A stretch of DNA of 64,000 nucleotides, from assembly GCA_035450185.1 (NCBI GenBank), contig DAOTMG010000003.1, forward strand, positions 65,562-129,561. Reading direction: 5' to 3'. A program made the position numbers and the translations under genes. Source of the DNA: Syntrophales bacterium (lineage in GTDB: Bacteria; Desulfobacterota; Syntrophia; Syntrophales; UBA2192). The notes below the pieces were generated by a model. That model searched no databases. It saw nothing but the letters and a program-made list of their open reading frames with translations, and had not been told where the DNA came from. Positions within the stretch are counted from its first letter, which is position 1, and every line of letters begins with the position of its first letter. Positions 25,300-33,586 of this stretch are shown one piece after another.

Positions 25300-26169
25300 T
25301 TGATCGGGGGTATGAAGATCATGACCATGGGCCCGTCCCGCAGGAGAATGAAGCCCATGCTCTGGTCCGTCATTGTTATCCCTCTCTCCGTTTACCTGGC
25401 CTTCACGGTCGCCGTCTGGGTGCTGCAGCCCAAGCTCCTCTATTTTCCCGAACGCAGCCACGATGCCACGCCGGAGGATGCCGGCCTTTCCTATGAGTCC
25501 GTCTTTTTCAAGACGACGGACGGCGTGAAGATTCACGGCTGGTACGTCCCGTCGGCGCAGCCCAGAGGAGCCGTCCTTTTCTGTCACGGGAACGCCGGCA
25601 ATATCTCCCACCGGCTTTTTTTCATTGATCTCCTCAACCGGATGGGGATGAGCACCCTGATCTTCGATTACCGGGGCTATGGCTGGAGCGAAGGGAAACC
25701 GACGGAAGAGGGGACCTATCGGGATGCGGAGGCCGCCTGGGACTACCTCGTTACGGACAAGAAGTTCAAACCCGGGGAGATCGTGATCCTCGGCCGTTCG
25801 ATGGGCGGCGCCATTGCCGCGAGGACCGCCCGGGAGAGAAAGCCGGCGGCGCTCATCGTGGAATCGACTTTCACATCCGTCAAGGACATCGGTGCCGAGG
25901 TCTACCCCTTCCTGCCCGTCCGGTGGCTGTCGAGATACGACTACGATGCTTTCGGGTTTTTGAAGGGCGTAGCTTGCCCGGTTCTCATCATTCACAGCCC
26001 CCAGGACGAGATCATCCCCATTCACCACGGACGGAAACTCTTCGACGCAGCAAACCCGCCCAAGGAGTTCCTCGAGATCAAGGGAAGCCACAACGAGGGA
26101 GCCGTTTTTTCCGGCAGGATCTACACGGAGGGGATAGACTCATTCATCGCCCGTTACGTCAAGCCCTGA
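25300..26169 (+). CDS. Alpha/beta hydrolase (BEM46-like), membrane-anchored
   Basis: N-terminal TM, HGNAGN oxyanion region, GRSMGG nucleophile elbow, C-terminal D..H. Start uncertain (ATG 25300, 25312 or 25348). Confidence 0.75.
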   Translation: MIGGMKIMTMGPSRRRMKPMLWSVIVIPLSVYLAFTVAVWVLQPKLLYFPERSHDATPEDAGLSYESVFFKTTDGVKIHGWYVPSAQPRGAVLFCHGNAGNISHRLFFIDLLNRMGMSTLIFDYRGYGWSEGKPTEEGTYRDAEAAWDYLVTDKKFKPGEIVILGRSMGGAIAARTARERKPAALIVESTFTSVKDIGAEVYPFLPVRWLSRYDYDAFGFLKGVACPVLIIHSPQDEIIPIHHGRKLFDAANPPKEFLEIKGSHNEGAVFSGRIYTEGIDSFIARYVKP

Positions 26170-26466
26170 CGGATCCTTTTCCACCGGTTCGGCCGTTCGG
26201 CAAATATTGCTTTCCCGCGGCAGGAAATACCCCTGGGAGATTTTCTGACATTTGTCCTAATATCGCCATTTTTTTGACGTTTTTTGCCATTGACTCTCCC
26301 TGGACATCCATCGGGTTGTAAACCGTCAAAAATCCTCGGATTTTAACCCCTTTTATGACCGGTGACGCAGGCTGTCGTTATATTGGCACGAAATCTGTAT
26401 ATTTACAGGATAAAACGCTCGCAGTGTTGTCTTCGGTGTTCGGATGTTTTTAAGGAGGCACAGCCG

Positions 26467-26844
26467 ATGAAAAGGACAGCCATCCAGAATTCAGATACCT
26501 TCGATCTGATCTACGAAAGACGAAGGCTCGAGAGGTTCAATCTCGAGGTCCCCGCACGGATCGAGATTCTCGCCCGGGAGGAACAAAACCCGGAAATCCT
26601 CGAATTGAACACGAAAGATGTATCAGCCGGAGGCGCCTATTTCAGAACAAAGAAAGCGCTCCCGGAGGGCACACGGGTGCGGATCGACATCATCCTCCCC
26701 CTGGATCGCCTGCGCAAGTTGAAGGACACCTGCAAGGGTCTCATCAAGGTCACGGGAACCGTCCTGCGGTCCGAACCGACGGGAATGGCCGTCTGTTTCG
26801 ATGAAGGGTACCTGATCACGCCTTTCGGGGAACGCCTGAGCTGA
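26467..26844 (+). CDS. PilZ-domain protein
   Basis: RRRLERF..(RxxxR) and D.SAGGAYF (DxSxxG) c-di-GMP-binding motifs. AGGAGG SD before ATG 26467. Confidence 0.75.
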   Translation: MKRTAIQNSDTFDLIYERRRLERFNLEVPARIEILAREEQNPEILELNTKDVSAGGAYFRTKKALPEGTRVRIDIILPLDRLRKLKDTCKGLIKVTGTVLRSEPTGMAVCFDEGYLITPFGERLS

Positions 26845-26886
26845 AGACCGGCCCGGGTGTGTGCTTGAGGAAATGGAAAATCAAAA

Positions 26887-26911
26887 GCAGGGCTGTCGCC
26901 CTGCTTTTTTT
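26887..26911 (+). terminator. Intrinsic terminator after the PilZ gene
   Basis: GCAGGGC-TGTC-GCCCTGC followed by TTTTTTT. Confidence 0.75.
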
Positions 26912-27428
26912 ATGTCCCGCAGCCCTGCCCCGCCGGAAACGGGGGTAAAAGGAGGAGGGAAAACCCCTTTAAGGCGAGCAGCAAGGAGGGCAAGCTGCAA
27001 ACCTTACGGATCCGGCGGGGCCGGGGCGAGATATCCTTTCGCTCGTGAGAGAAGAAAACGGTATCAACAGACGGAAGATGAATGAGAATTCGTACCTGAA
27101 ACAAATATAATACATCTTTTCTGAAAATCAATACCTCCCCCCTGAGATTTTTTGCTCCCTGTGAGTCCTGCCTGTCCCGGTGCGGGCCTCCTTCGTGCCC
27201 GGCTGCCTGAGACAGAGCCGCTTCCTCCGGGGAAATTTAACCTTGCCATCTCTCAAGAAAAGATAGATATTATGGAAAAGGGCCTTTCGAAACGGCCTTC
27301 CGGGAGGGATGCCGGCGGTATCTTTCCGTTTTCGCCGCAAGGCGTGATTCTTCTGCGTGGCGGGTCCTGTCTGAGTGCTTCGCCGGGTGCATGCTGCGAT
27401 TATTCATTCCAGGGAGAGTCGAGGGATC

Positions 27429-27695
27429 ATGAAACATTCGAGCGAGACGGTCACGATCAAGCAGTATTCAACGGGAAACGTCGGAGACGGCGTGGTTCTC
27501 CTCAGCGTGCTCAGCGTGGGTCACAGCTTCGTCTTTCTCAGAGTCGGGGCCATCGGGTTTCCGAACCGCGACGAGCGTCTCAACATCGGCGAATTCCTGA
27601 ACTTCGATGCCGGCGAGAGCGGACTTTTCGAGATCCGGCTGCTGTCCGTCGCGGGGTTTGATACGGCGACCTTCCTGGTGACGCGCGTCAGGTAG
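27429..27695 (+). CDS. Hypothetical protein (88 aa), no recognisable family
   Basis: High G/C third-position bias in this frame (unlike the antisense ORF 27468..27725). GAGGGA SD before ATG 27429. Beta-strand-rich sequence. Confidence 0.4.
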   Translation: MKHSSETVTIKQYSTGNVGDGVVLLSVLSVGHSFVFLRVGAIGFPNRDERLNIGEFLNFDAGESGLFEIRLLSVAGFDTATFLVTRVR

Positions 27696-27879
27696 CCCGC
27701 TCCCGGTTTTCTTTTCTGTTTTCACCGACGTCTCAAGGCCCGGGATGAAGTTCAGGCGAACCCCCCTCCGACGGATTGAACCGTGGGGGATTCACTCGCC
27801 GCCGGGGCCCTGTTTCCGTGAGCCGTCGGGTTCGTGCCCGCGGCAGGCCTTCATAACCCTTCCGTGAGGGGGAAACGAG

Positions 27880-28617
27880 TTGAGTCAAGAGAAAGAACGG
27901 GATCGGTCGCTCGGAGAATTCGACGGAAAGACACTGGCGGAGTTCGACGGGCGGGACGGAAAACCCGTTTACATTGCCCACGACGGCAGGGTCTACGACG
28001 TCACCGCGAGCAGGATGTGGAAGGGCGGCCTCCACATGAAGCGGCATCGTGCCGGCCGGGATCTCTCCGCGGACCTCCGCGCGGCTCCGCACGGACCCGA
28101 GGTCTTCGAACGGTATCCCCAGGCAGGCATTTTAATACAGGAAGCTCCCGAGAGGCCCCTATCGCCGCTGCTGTCGTCGCTGCTTGCGCGCTTCCCGATC
28201 CTCAGGCGCCATCCTCACCCCATGATGGTGCATTTCCCCATCGTCTTCCTGTTTGCCCTGTTTCTGTTCGCCGGCCTGTTTCTGCTCACCGGCCGTTCGG
28301 CCTTTGAGTCGACGGCTCTGCATTGCCTGGCCGCGGGCGTTCTGTTTTCCCCCCCGGCGATCGTGACAGGCTATTGCACCTGGCGGCTCAATTACCTCTC
28401 GAGGCCGATGCGCCCGGTGAGGATCAAAAAGACCCTCTCCTGGGTCCTTCTGACAGCCTCCGTCGCGGCTCTCGCCTGGAGGCTGTGGGACCCCGCAGTC
28501 CTCTCGGCGGCCGGTCCCGGGAGGCTTCTTTACTTTCTCATGGCTTCGGCCCTGTTCGTCATCGTGGTCGTGATCGCCTATTTCGGCGGCCAGCTCACTT
28601 TCCCCTCCGAGGACTGA
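27880..28617 (+). CDS. Cytochrome b5-like heme/steroid-binding domain fused to a DUF2231-type membrane domain
   Basis: LAEFDGRDGKPVYIAHDGRVYDV..W..G.H matches the cyt-b5-like pattern, followed by four TM helices. TTG start with GAGGGGGA SD. Confidence 0.65.
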   Translation: MSQEKERDRSLGEFDGKTLAEFDGRDGKPVYIAHDGRVYDVTASRMWKGGLHMKRHRAGRDLSADLRAAPHGPEVFERYPQAGILIQEAPERPLSPLLSSLLARFPILRRHPHPMMVHFPIVFLFALFLFAGLFLLTGRSAFESTALHCLAAGVLFSPPAIVTGYCTWRLNYLSRPMRPVRIKKTLSWVLLTASVAALAWRLWDPAVLSAAGPGRLLYFLMASALFVIVVVIAYFGGQLTFPSED

Positions 28618-28782
28618 AAGACCGACCCGCTCTTCCGGTGTTTCTTCCGACAGGACAGATGGTTGTCGGAAAGAGTCGTGATCGGGGCGGTGCATCGCTG
28701 GTTTTGTTTTTTTTCGCATGACGCCGGCCGCCTTTCTCGGTGAATTCCATCCGGCGGTTTTTTTGTCCTTTTTTGTCGGCAG

Positions 28783-29061
28783 GAGCCTCGCTTCAAAACG
28801 AAGGTCCCTGAGACCTTCCCATTTGAAGAGGTTCCGGTTCTGGAGGTGCAATGAAGCGGTCAGGATCTCGTCGATTCGCCGGTCGTCCAGCCGGGGGCCG
28901 CCTTCCGACGCGATGAAGCAGGCAAGCATTCGGGGCGTCGTGCTCTTCCCGGCACCGTCGGCGCCGATAAGCTGCAGGATGTCCTTCTTGTTCGTCCGGA
29001 AGTGGATGCTGTCGACGGCGGCGATATGACCGCAGGGTGTTCTTATGTTTTTCGACGCGAA
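28783..29061 (-). pseudogene. Remnant of an ABC transporter ATP-binding protein (N-terminal ~95 codons only)
   Basis: IAAVDSIHFRTNKKDILQLIGADGAGKSTT (Walker A) .. NLFKWEGLRDLRFEARL (Q-loop region), then homology stops. No start codon after the upstream TGA (29062-29064). The rest of the ORF runs antisense into the cyt b5 gene. Confidence 0.55.
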
Positions 29062-29318
29062 TCAATAAACGCGGCCCGTGACGAAGACATGCATGAAATC
29101 ATGCAGGCAAGTGTGATGCTGAGAGTCCGAGCCCGTGGATACGCCGCGCAGAGTGTCCCGGAATTGTTCTGCAATTCACCTGCCACCCTTCACTGGAGAG
29201 GTTCCGGCGCAGGAAGAACACCAACCCTGTAGATCCGCGGTTCCCTCAACAAAATCAATAACAAAGAGGCAGGACATTTCGGTTGCTGGAACCCCTTCGC
29301 TGTGGTAGAAGCACGGCG

Positions 29319-29945
29319 ATGCTGAACGTGGGGCTGACAGGGGGAATTGCAAGCGGAAAATCCACGGTGGTGAGGATGCTCGCAGGGAAGGGCGCCGTCG
29401 TCATCGATCACGACCGCCTCGCCCATCTGGCCTATGAACCCGGCGGCCCGTCTTACGGGGCCATTGTCGCGGGCTTCGGCCGCGAGGTGCTGGCTCCCGA
29501 CGGAAAGATCGACCGCAAAAAGCTGGGAGCCATCGTCTTCAAAGATCCCGGGAGACTGAAAGACTTAAACGACATCGTCCATCCCGCGGTCCTTTTGGGA
29601 TGGAAGAAGAAACTTGCCGATATCGAAGGACAAAAACCCGGAGCCGTCGTCATCTCGGATGTCCCCCTGCTGATCGAGGTGGGCTGGCAAAAAGAGGTGG
29701 ACGTGGTGCTCCTGGTCTATGCCGCACCCGAGGTCCAGGTCCGGCGCGTAAAGGATAGGGACGGATACACCCTGGAAGAAGCCCTGGACCGGCTTGCTTC
29801 CCAGATGCCCATGGACGAAAAAAGACGATACGCAGACCTCGTCGTCGAGAACAACGGCAACCTGGAAGACCTGCAGAAACAGGTGGACGAGGTGTGGGTA
29901 AGGCTTCTCGAACTTGAAAAACAGAGATTCGGGAAAAAGTTATGA
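29319..29945 (+). CDS. coaE: Dephospho-CoA kinase
   Basis: MLNVGLTGGIASGKSTV P-loop at the N-terminus, ~208 aa, typical CoaE length and pattern. Confidence 0.85.
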   Translation: MLNVGLTGGIASGKSTVVRMLAGKGAVVIDHDRLAHLAYEPGGPSYGAIVAGFGREVLAPDGKIDRKKLGAIVFKDPGRLKDLNDIVHPAVLLGWKKKLADIEGQKPGAVVISDVPLLIEVGWQKEVDVVLLVYAAPEVQVRRVKDRDGYTLEEALDRLASQMPMDEKRRYADLVVENNGNLEDLQKQVDEVWVRLLELEKQRFGKKL

Positions 29946-30033
29946 GTTGCGCGTTGATGGCAATAGAAACAGTCACAGAAAGACTCAGAGGAACTTAGAT
30001 AGACGTAGACAGACCGGGATAAGGAGGATTCTG

Positions 30034-30654
30034 ATGATAGGAAAGAACGTCGTAACGGATTTCAGTTCGAAAGAGAGGGCGCCGGTTATCGACCCGACGG
30101 CTTACGTGCACCCCCTGGGACTCGTCATCGGGAACGTCGTAATCGGGAAGAATGTCTTTGTGGCGCCCTTTGCGGCGGTCCGGGGGGACGAGGGTCAGCC
30201 CCTGCATGTCGGCGACGACTCCAACGTCCAGGATGGGGTCGTCATCCATGCCCTTGAGACGGAGGAACACGGGAAAGCCGTGGAGAAAAACATGGTCGAG
30301 GTCGACGGGAAGAAGTACGCGGTCTACGTCGGTAACCGCGTATCCCTTGCCCACCAGGTCCAGATCCACGGGCCCGCCTGTGTCCTGGACGACACCTTTG
30401 TGGGGATGCAGGTTCTCGTGTTCCGGTCGCAGGTCGGCCGCAACTGCGTCATCGAGCCGGGATGCATCCTCATGGGCGTAAAGGTTACCGACGGACGGTA
30501 TGTCCCCGCGGGCACGGTGCTGAAATCCCAGGCCGATGCGGACAGGCTTCCCGCCATCACCGACGACTACCCTCTGAAAAACCTGAACAAAGGAGTCCTC
30601 CACGTGAACAAGTCCCTCGCGAAGGGCTACGCCGCGGCCGAGAAGAAAAAGTAA
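30034..30654 (+). CDS. cam: Gamma-class carbonic anhydrase, Cam type (left-handed beta-helix)
   Basis: Near-collinear with Methanosarcina thermophila Cam as I remember it: IDPTAYV, RGDEGQP, VQDGVVIHALE, VEVDGKKYAVYVGNRVSLAHQVQIHGPA, LP.ITDDY. AAGGAGG SD. Confidence 0.8.
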   Translation: MIGKNVVTDFSSKERAPVIDPTAYVHPLGLVIGNVVIGKNVFVAPFAAVRGDEGQPLHVGDDSNVQDGVVIHALETEEHGKAVEKNMVEVDGKKYAVYVGNRVSLAHQVQIHGPACVLDDTFVGMQVLVFRSQVGRNCVIEPGCILMGVKVTDGRYVPAGTVLKSQADADRLPAITDDYPLKNLNKGVLHVNKSLAKGYAAAEKKK

Positions 30655-30669
30655 TCTCACAAAAAAATA

Positions 30670-30712
30670 CCCCCGCGCTTCTTCGATGGAGGAACGCGGG
30701 GGGTGTTTTTTT
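30670..30712. terminator. Bidirectional intrinsic terminator between cam and the GGDEF gene
   Basis: CCCCCGCG / CGCGGGGG stem flanked by an A-run upstream and a T-run downstream. Confidence 0.7.
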
Positions 30713-31757
30713 ATCGGACCTTCCCCTTTTTGATCCTTTTGCTCATTCCGAGCCTTTCATCGGCTTTTCTGAGAAGCGAGGACGCGTCGCTCACGTTCCG
30801 GTCCCTGTTCGTCGCCACACCGCAGCTGAGCGAAAGCGTCACGTGGGTCTCTCCGCGTCGCATGGGGTTGGTGAGGAAAAAGGTCTGGATGCGGTCGGAG
30901 AAGCGAAAGGCGTTTTCGCCTTCCGTGTGGGGGAGGATGACGACGAACTCGTCCCCGGCGAACCTCGCCACGATGTCGCTCTCGCGGCTCATGACCCGGA
31001 GGTGCACGGCCACGTATTTGAGGGCCTCGTCGCCGAAGTCGCGGCCATGGAGGTCGTTGAGTTCCTTGAAGTGATCCAGGTCCAGGAAGACCACCGAGAG
31101 CGGCGTGCCGTAGCGGGCGGCCCGGCTGAACTCCCGCCTCAGGGCCTCCTCGAGGACCCGGCGGTTGAGAAGCCCCGTGAGGGTGTCCTGGAAGGCGAGC
31201 ATGCGAAGTTTCTCCTGTGCCATGACGTTGGAGAGGCAGATGGACACCTTCACGGCGAGTTGCTCCAGGAGGGTCGTCTCCATCCCCGGGGCGTAGCGCT
31301 GGTCCGACGAGTCAGCCAGGTTGAGGCTCCCGATGACCTCCCGGTCGAGGGTGAGAGGGACGATGGCGAGGGAACGGATTTTCTTTCGTCCCTGCTCGGG
31401 AAGAATCGGCTCATAGTCCTTGAGCTGATCGTTGATGAGGACGGGTGAGCGCCGGCTGTCCGTCAGGCGGAAGAGGGTCTCCTTCGCGATGGTTCGCAGG
31501 TTCCTCCGGACGGTCTGGGGGGCTTCGATGGTCTCGAGGAGCTTGAGCGGTTCGCTTCCCTCGATCAGGGCGATCCAGACGTGGGGGATGTCGAATTTTT
31601 CCCGTATTTCCCTGAGAAGCCTTTGCAGGAAATCCTTGAAGTGACGGATGGAGAGGATGCTGGTTTCGATCTCGAAAAACTTCCGGGCGATCTCCTCGTT
31701 GTCGCGAATGACCTGGAGAAGCTCGCTCACGTCTTGCAGGGGCTGTCTTCCGGTCAT
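30711..31757 (-). CDS. Diguanylate cyclase (N-terminal DUF484/GAF-like sensor + GGDEF)
   Basis: LTGLLNRR.., FLDLDHFKELND, RFAGDEFVV (GGDEF variant AGDEF) in the C-terminal half. Confidence 0.8.
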   Translation of the reverse strand: MTGRQPLQDVSELLQVIRDNEEIARKFFEIETSILSIRHFKDFLQRLLREIREKFDIPHVWIALIEGSEPLKLLETIEAPQTVRRNLRTIAKETLFRLTDSRRSPVLINDQLKDYEPILPEQGRKKIRSLAIVPLTLDREVIGSLNLADSSDQRYAPGMETTLLEQLAVKVSICLSNVMAQEKLRMLAFQDTLTGLLNRRVLEEALRREFSRAARYGTPLSVVFLDLDHFKELNDLHGRDFGDEALKYVAVHLRVMSRESDIVARFAGDEFVVILPHTEGENAFRFSDRIQTFFLTNPMRRGETHVTLSLSCGVATNRDRNVSDASSLLRKADERLGMSKRIKKGKVR

Positions 31758-32707
31758 GGGGTCTTCTTCAGTGCCTCGATGAGTTTCGGTACGACGTCGT
31801 ACAGATTGCCGACGATGCCGAGGTCCGCGGCACCGAAGATGGGGGCGTGCTCGTCCTTGTTGACGGCGGCGATCACCTTGGAACGGCTGATCCCCGTGAC
31901 ATGCTGGATCTGGCCGGAGACGCCGAGACCGATGTAGAGGTCCGGCTTGACGGAGATGCCGGAGAGGCCGATGCAGAGTTCCTCCGGAAGCCAGTGCAAC
32001 TCCTCCGTGACCGGCCGTGTGCCGGCGACCTCTCCTCCGAGAACTTCCGCCAGTTCCCGTACGAGGGAAAGATCCTCCTTCTTTTCAACACCCCTTCCCG
32101 CGCAGACGACGACAGGAGATTCCGTGATATCCTTTATCTCGCGGGTCCTGGCCCTTTTCTCGAGGATCTTCACGGCTGAATGCGCCGGGGCGGCAAGTTC
32201 CCGGACCTTTCCCTCCCTTCCCGCAAACTCCGGCGCCGGTTCGAAGGTCCGGGGCGGGATGGTAGCCATGACGGGGCGGGTGGAGCAGGAGACCCTCTGC
32301 AGGGCTGCGCCGCCGTATGCGAGACGGTCCATCAGAACGGATTTTGACTCTTCGTCAAAGGTGATCGCCGTGCAGCTGCTGCAGAGGCCCGTCTTGAGCC
32401 GAACCGCGAGTCGGGCGGCAAGTTCCTTCCCCCGGTAGGTCGCCGGGATCAGGATCAGATCGGGCTCCGTCCTGCCGGCCTCTTCGGCGATGAGCGGAAT
32501 GAAGGCATCCGGTGACTGTCCTTCCGGAAGCGCCGGCAGGAGAATCGCTTCGTCCGCGCCGTGAGCGATGAAGACCTTTGCCCCTTCAGGCGTGTCGCCG
32601 ATCATGACCGAAAGGGACACTCCCATCTTGTCCGCGAGTTGCCTGCCGATGCCCAAAAGCTCGAGGGCCTGGTCTCTCCATTCCGCAAGAATCCAGATTC
32701 CTGCCAT
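31754..32707 (-). CDS. etfA: Electron transfer flavoprotein alpha subunit
   Basis: 317 aa; C-terminal FAD-binding pattern PELYIGLGVSGQIQH..G......IAAVNKD..API; overlaps the GGDEF start by 4 nt. Confidence 0.9.
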   Translation of the reverse strand: MAGIWILAEWRDQALELLGIGRQLADKMGVSLSVMIGDTPEGAKVFIAHGADEAILLPALPEGQSPDAFIPLIAEEAGRTEPDLILIPATYRGKELAARLAVRLKTGLCSSCTAITFDEESKSVLMDRLAYGGAALQRVSCSTRPVMATIPPRTFEPAPEFAGREGKVRELAAPAHSAVKILEKRARTREIKDITESPVVVCAGRGVEKKEDLSLVRELAEVLGGEVAGTRPVTEELHWLPEELCIGLSGISVKPDLYIGLGVSGQIQHVTGISRSKVIAAVNKDEHAPIFGAADLGIVGNLYDVVPKLIEALKKTP

Positions 32708-32717
32708 GGTATTTCCT

Positions 32718-33488
32718 CTATCGTATGACGCCCTTTCTCACCAGGGCGTCGATGAATTTTTTGATCTCCCCGGGATCCGTCCCGAATTTCTCGCAGCTTC
32801 TCTCCATCCGCGCCGCCTTCATGTCCACTGTCTTGAGCCGGGCTTCCGGCATGGAGGGGAGATCCCTCTTCGTGATGGTCGTCACGGGCTTCTTGCCCGC
32901 CATCAGCGTGTCCTTCACGCCGGGGATCCGCGGCGTGTTGATGTCGGGGAGCACCGTCACCAGGGCCGGCGTCGGGGCCGATACGACTTCCGTGCCTTCC
33001 TCGACCTTTCGCTCCGCGACGATCTTTCCATCCCCCAGGGTGATCTTCTGAACGAAGGCAACGCAGGGGATGCCGAGGAGTTCCGCGAGACGCGGTCCGA
33101 CCTGCTGGGCATAGAGGTCGCTCGAACCTTCGCCGCAGGTGATGAGATCGTATTGGGGGATGCGGGACTGTATGACCTCCGCGAGAATGGCGGCCGTCCG
33201 GGCGGGTTCGAGGTCGCGGAAGTCCGGGTCCGCTATGAAGAAGGCCCGGTCCATCCCGCGGGACAGACCGTCCTTGACCCCTTTCGCGGCCTCCGTCGTC
33301 CCGACGGTGATGCCGATCACGCTCCCGCCGCCCCCTGCATCTCGCAGGCGGGCGGCCTCCTCGATGGCATTGCGGTCATATTCCCCGATCTTGTAGTCCA
33401 CGGCCGATAAGTCGAGCTTCCCGTCGGACCCCCGGCGGATGTAGGCTTCGTCGATGACCCACTTGAAACAGGCAATAAGGGTGGGCAT
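32718..33488 (-). CDS. etfB: Electron transfer flavoprotein beta subunit
   Basis: MPTLIACFKWVIDEAY.., DLITCGEGSSD.. GGAGG SD before ATG 33488; the ORF-track start at 33527 lies in the repeat region. Confidence 0.85.
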   Translation of the reverse strand: MPTLIACFKWVIDEAYIRRGSDGKLDLSAVDYKIGEYDRNAIEEAARLRDAGGGGSVIGITVGTTEAAKGVKDGLSRGMDRAFFIADPDFRDLEPARTAAILAEVIQSRIPQYDLITCGEGSSDLYAQQVGPRLAELLGIPCVAFVQKITLGDGKIVAERKVEEGTEVVSAPTPALVTVLPDINTPRIPGVKDTLMAGKKPVTTITKRDLPSMPEARLKTVDMKAARMERSCEKFGTDPGEIKKFIDALVRKGVIR

Positions 33489-33502
33489 ATATGCCTCCGG
33501 TC

Positions 33503-33579
33503 TCAAGGCTAAAGGCTCAAGGTGCAAGGCGAAGATGGCATTGCCATAAGCCCTTAGCCTTACGCCTTATGCCTTATGT
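33503..33579. repeat. Heptamer (AAGGCNN / NNGCCTT) arrays in inverted orientation around a perfect ATGGCA-T-TGCCAT palindrome
   Basis: tcaaggct aaaggct caaggtg caaggcg aag ATGGCATTGCCAT aagccct tagcctt acgcctt atgcctt atg; acd-etfB intercistronic. Confidence 0.75.
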
Positions 33580-33586
33580 CTTTCTT

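Noticed and set aside
26384-26400. TGGCACGaaatCTGTA upstream of the PilZ gene, considered as a sigma54 promoter.
   Set aside because: The -24 element is perfect, but the -12 position has GT instead of the near-invariant GC.
27468-27725. 85-aa minus-strand ORF antisense to the 88-aa hypothetical gene.
   Set aside because: Third-position G/C bias favours the plus-strand frame, and the plus-strand ORF has an SD.
29961-30020. Purine-rich AGAC/AGAA-rich stretch upstream of cam, considered as a fourth tandem-repeat family.
   Set aside because: The periodicity is too irregular to call by eye.
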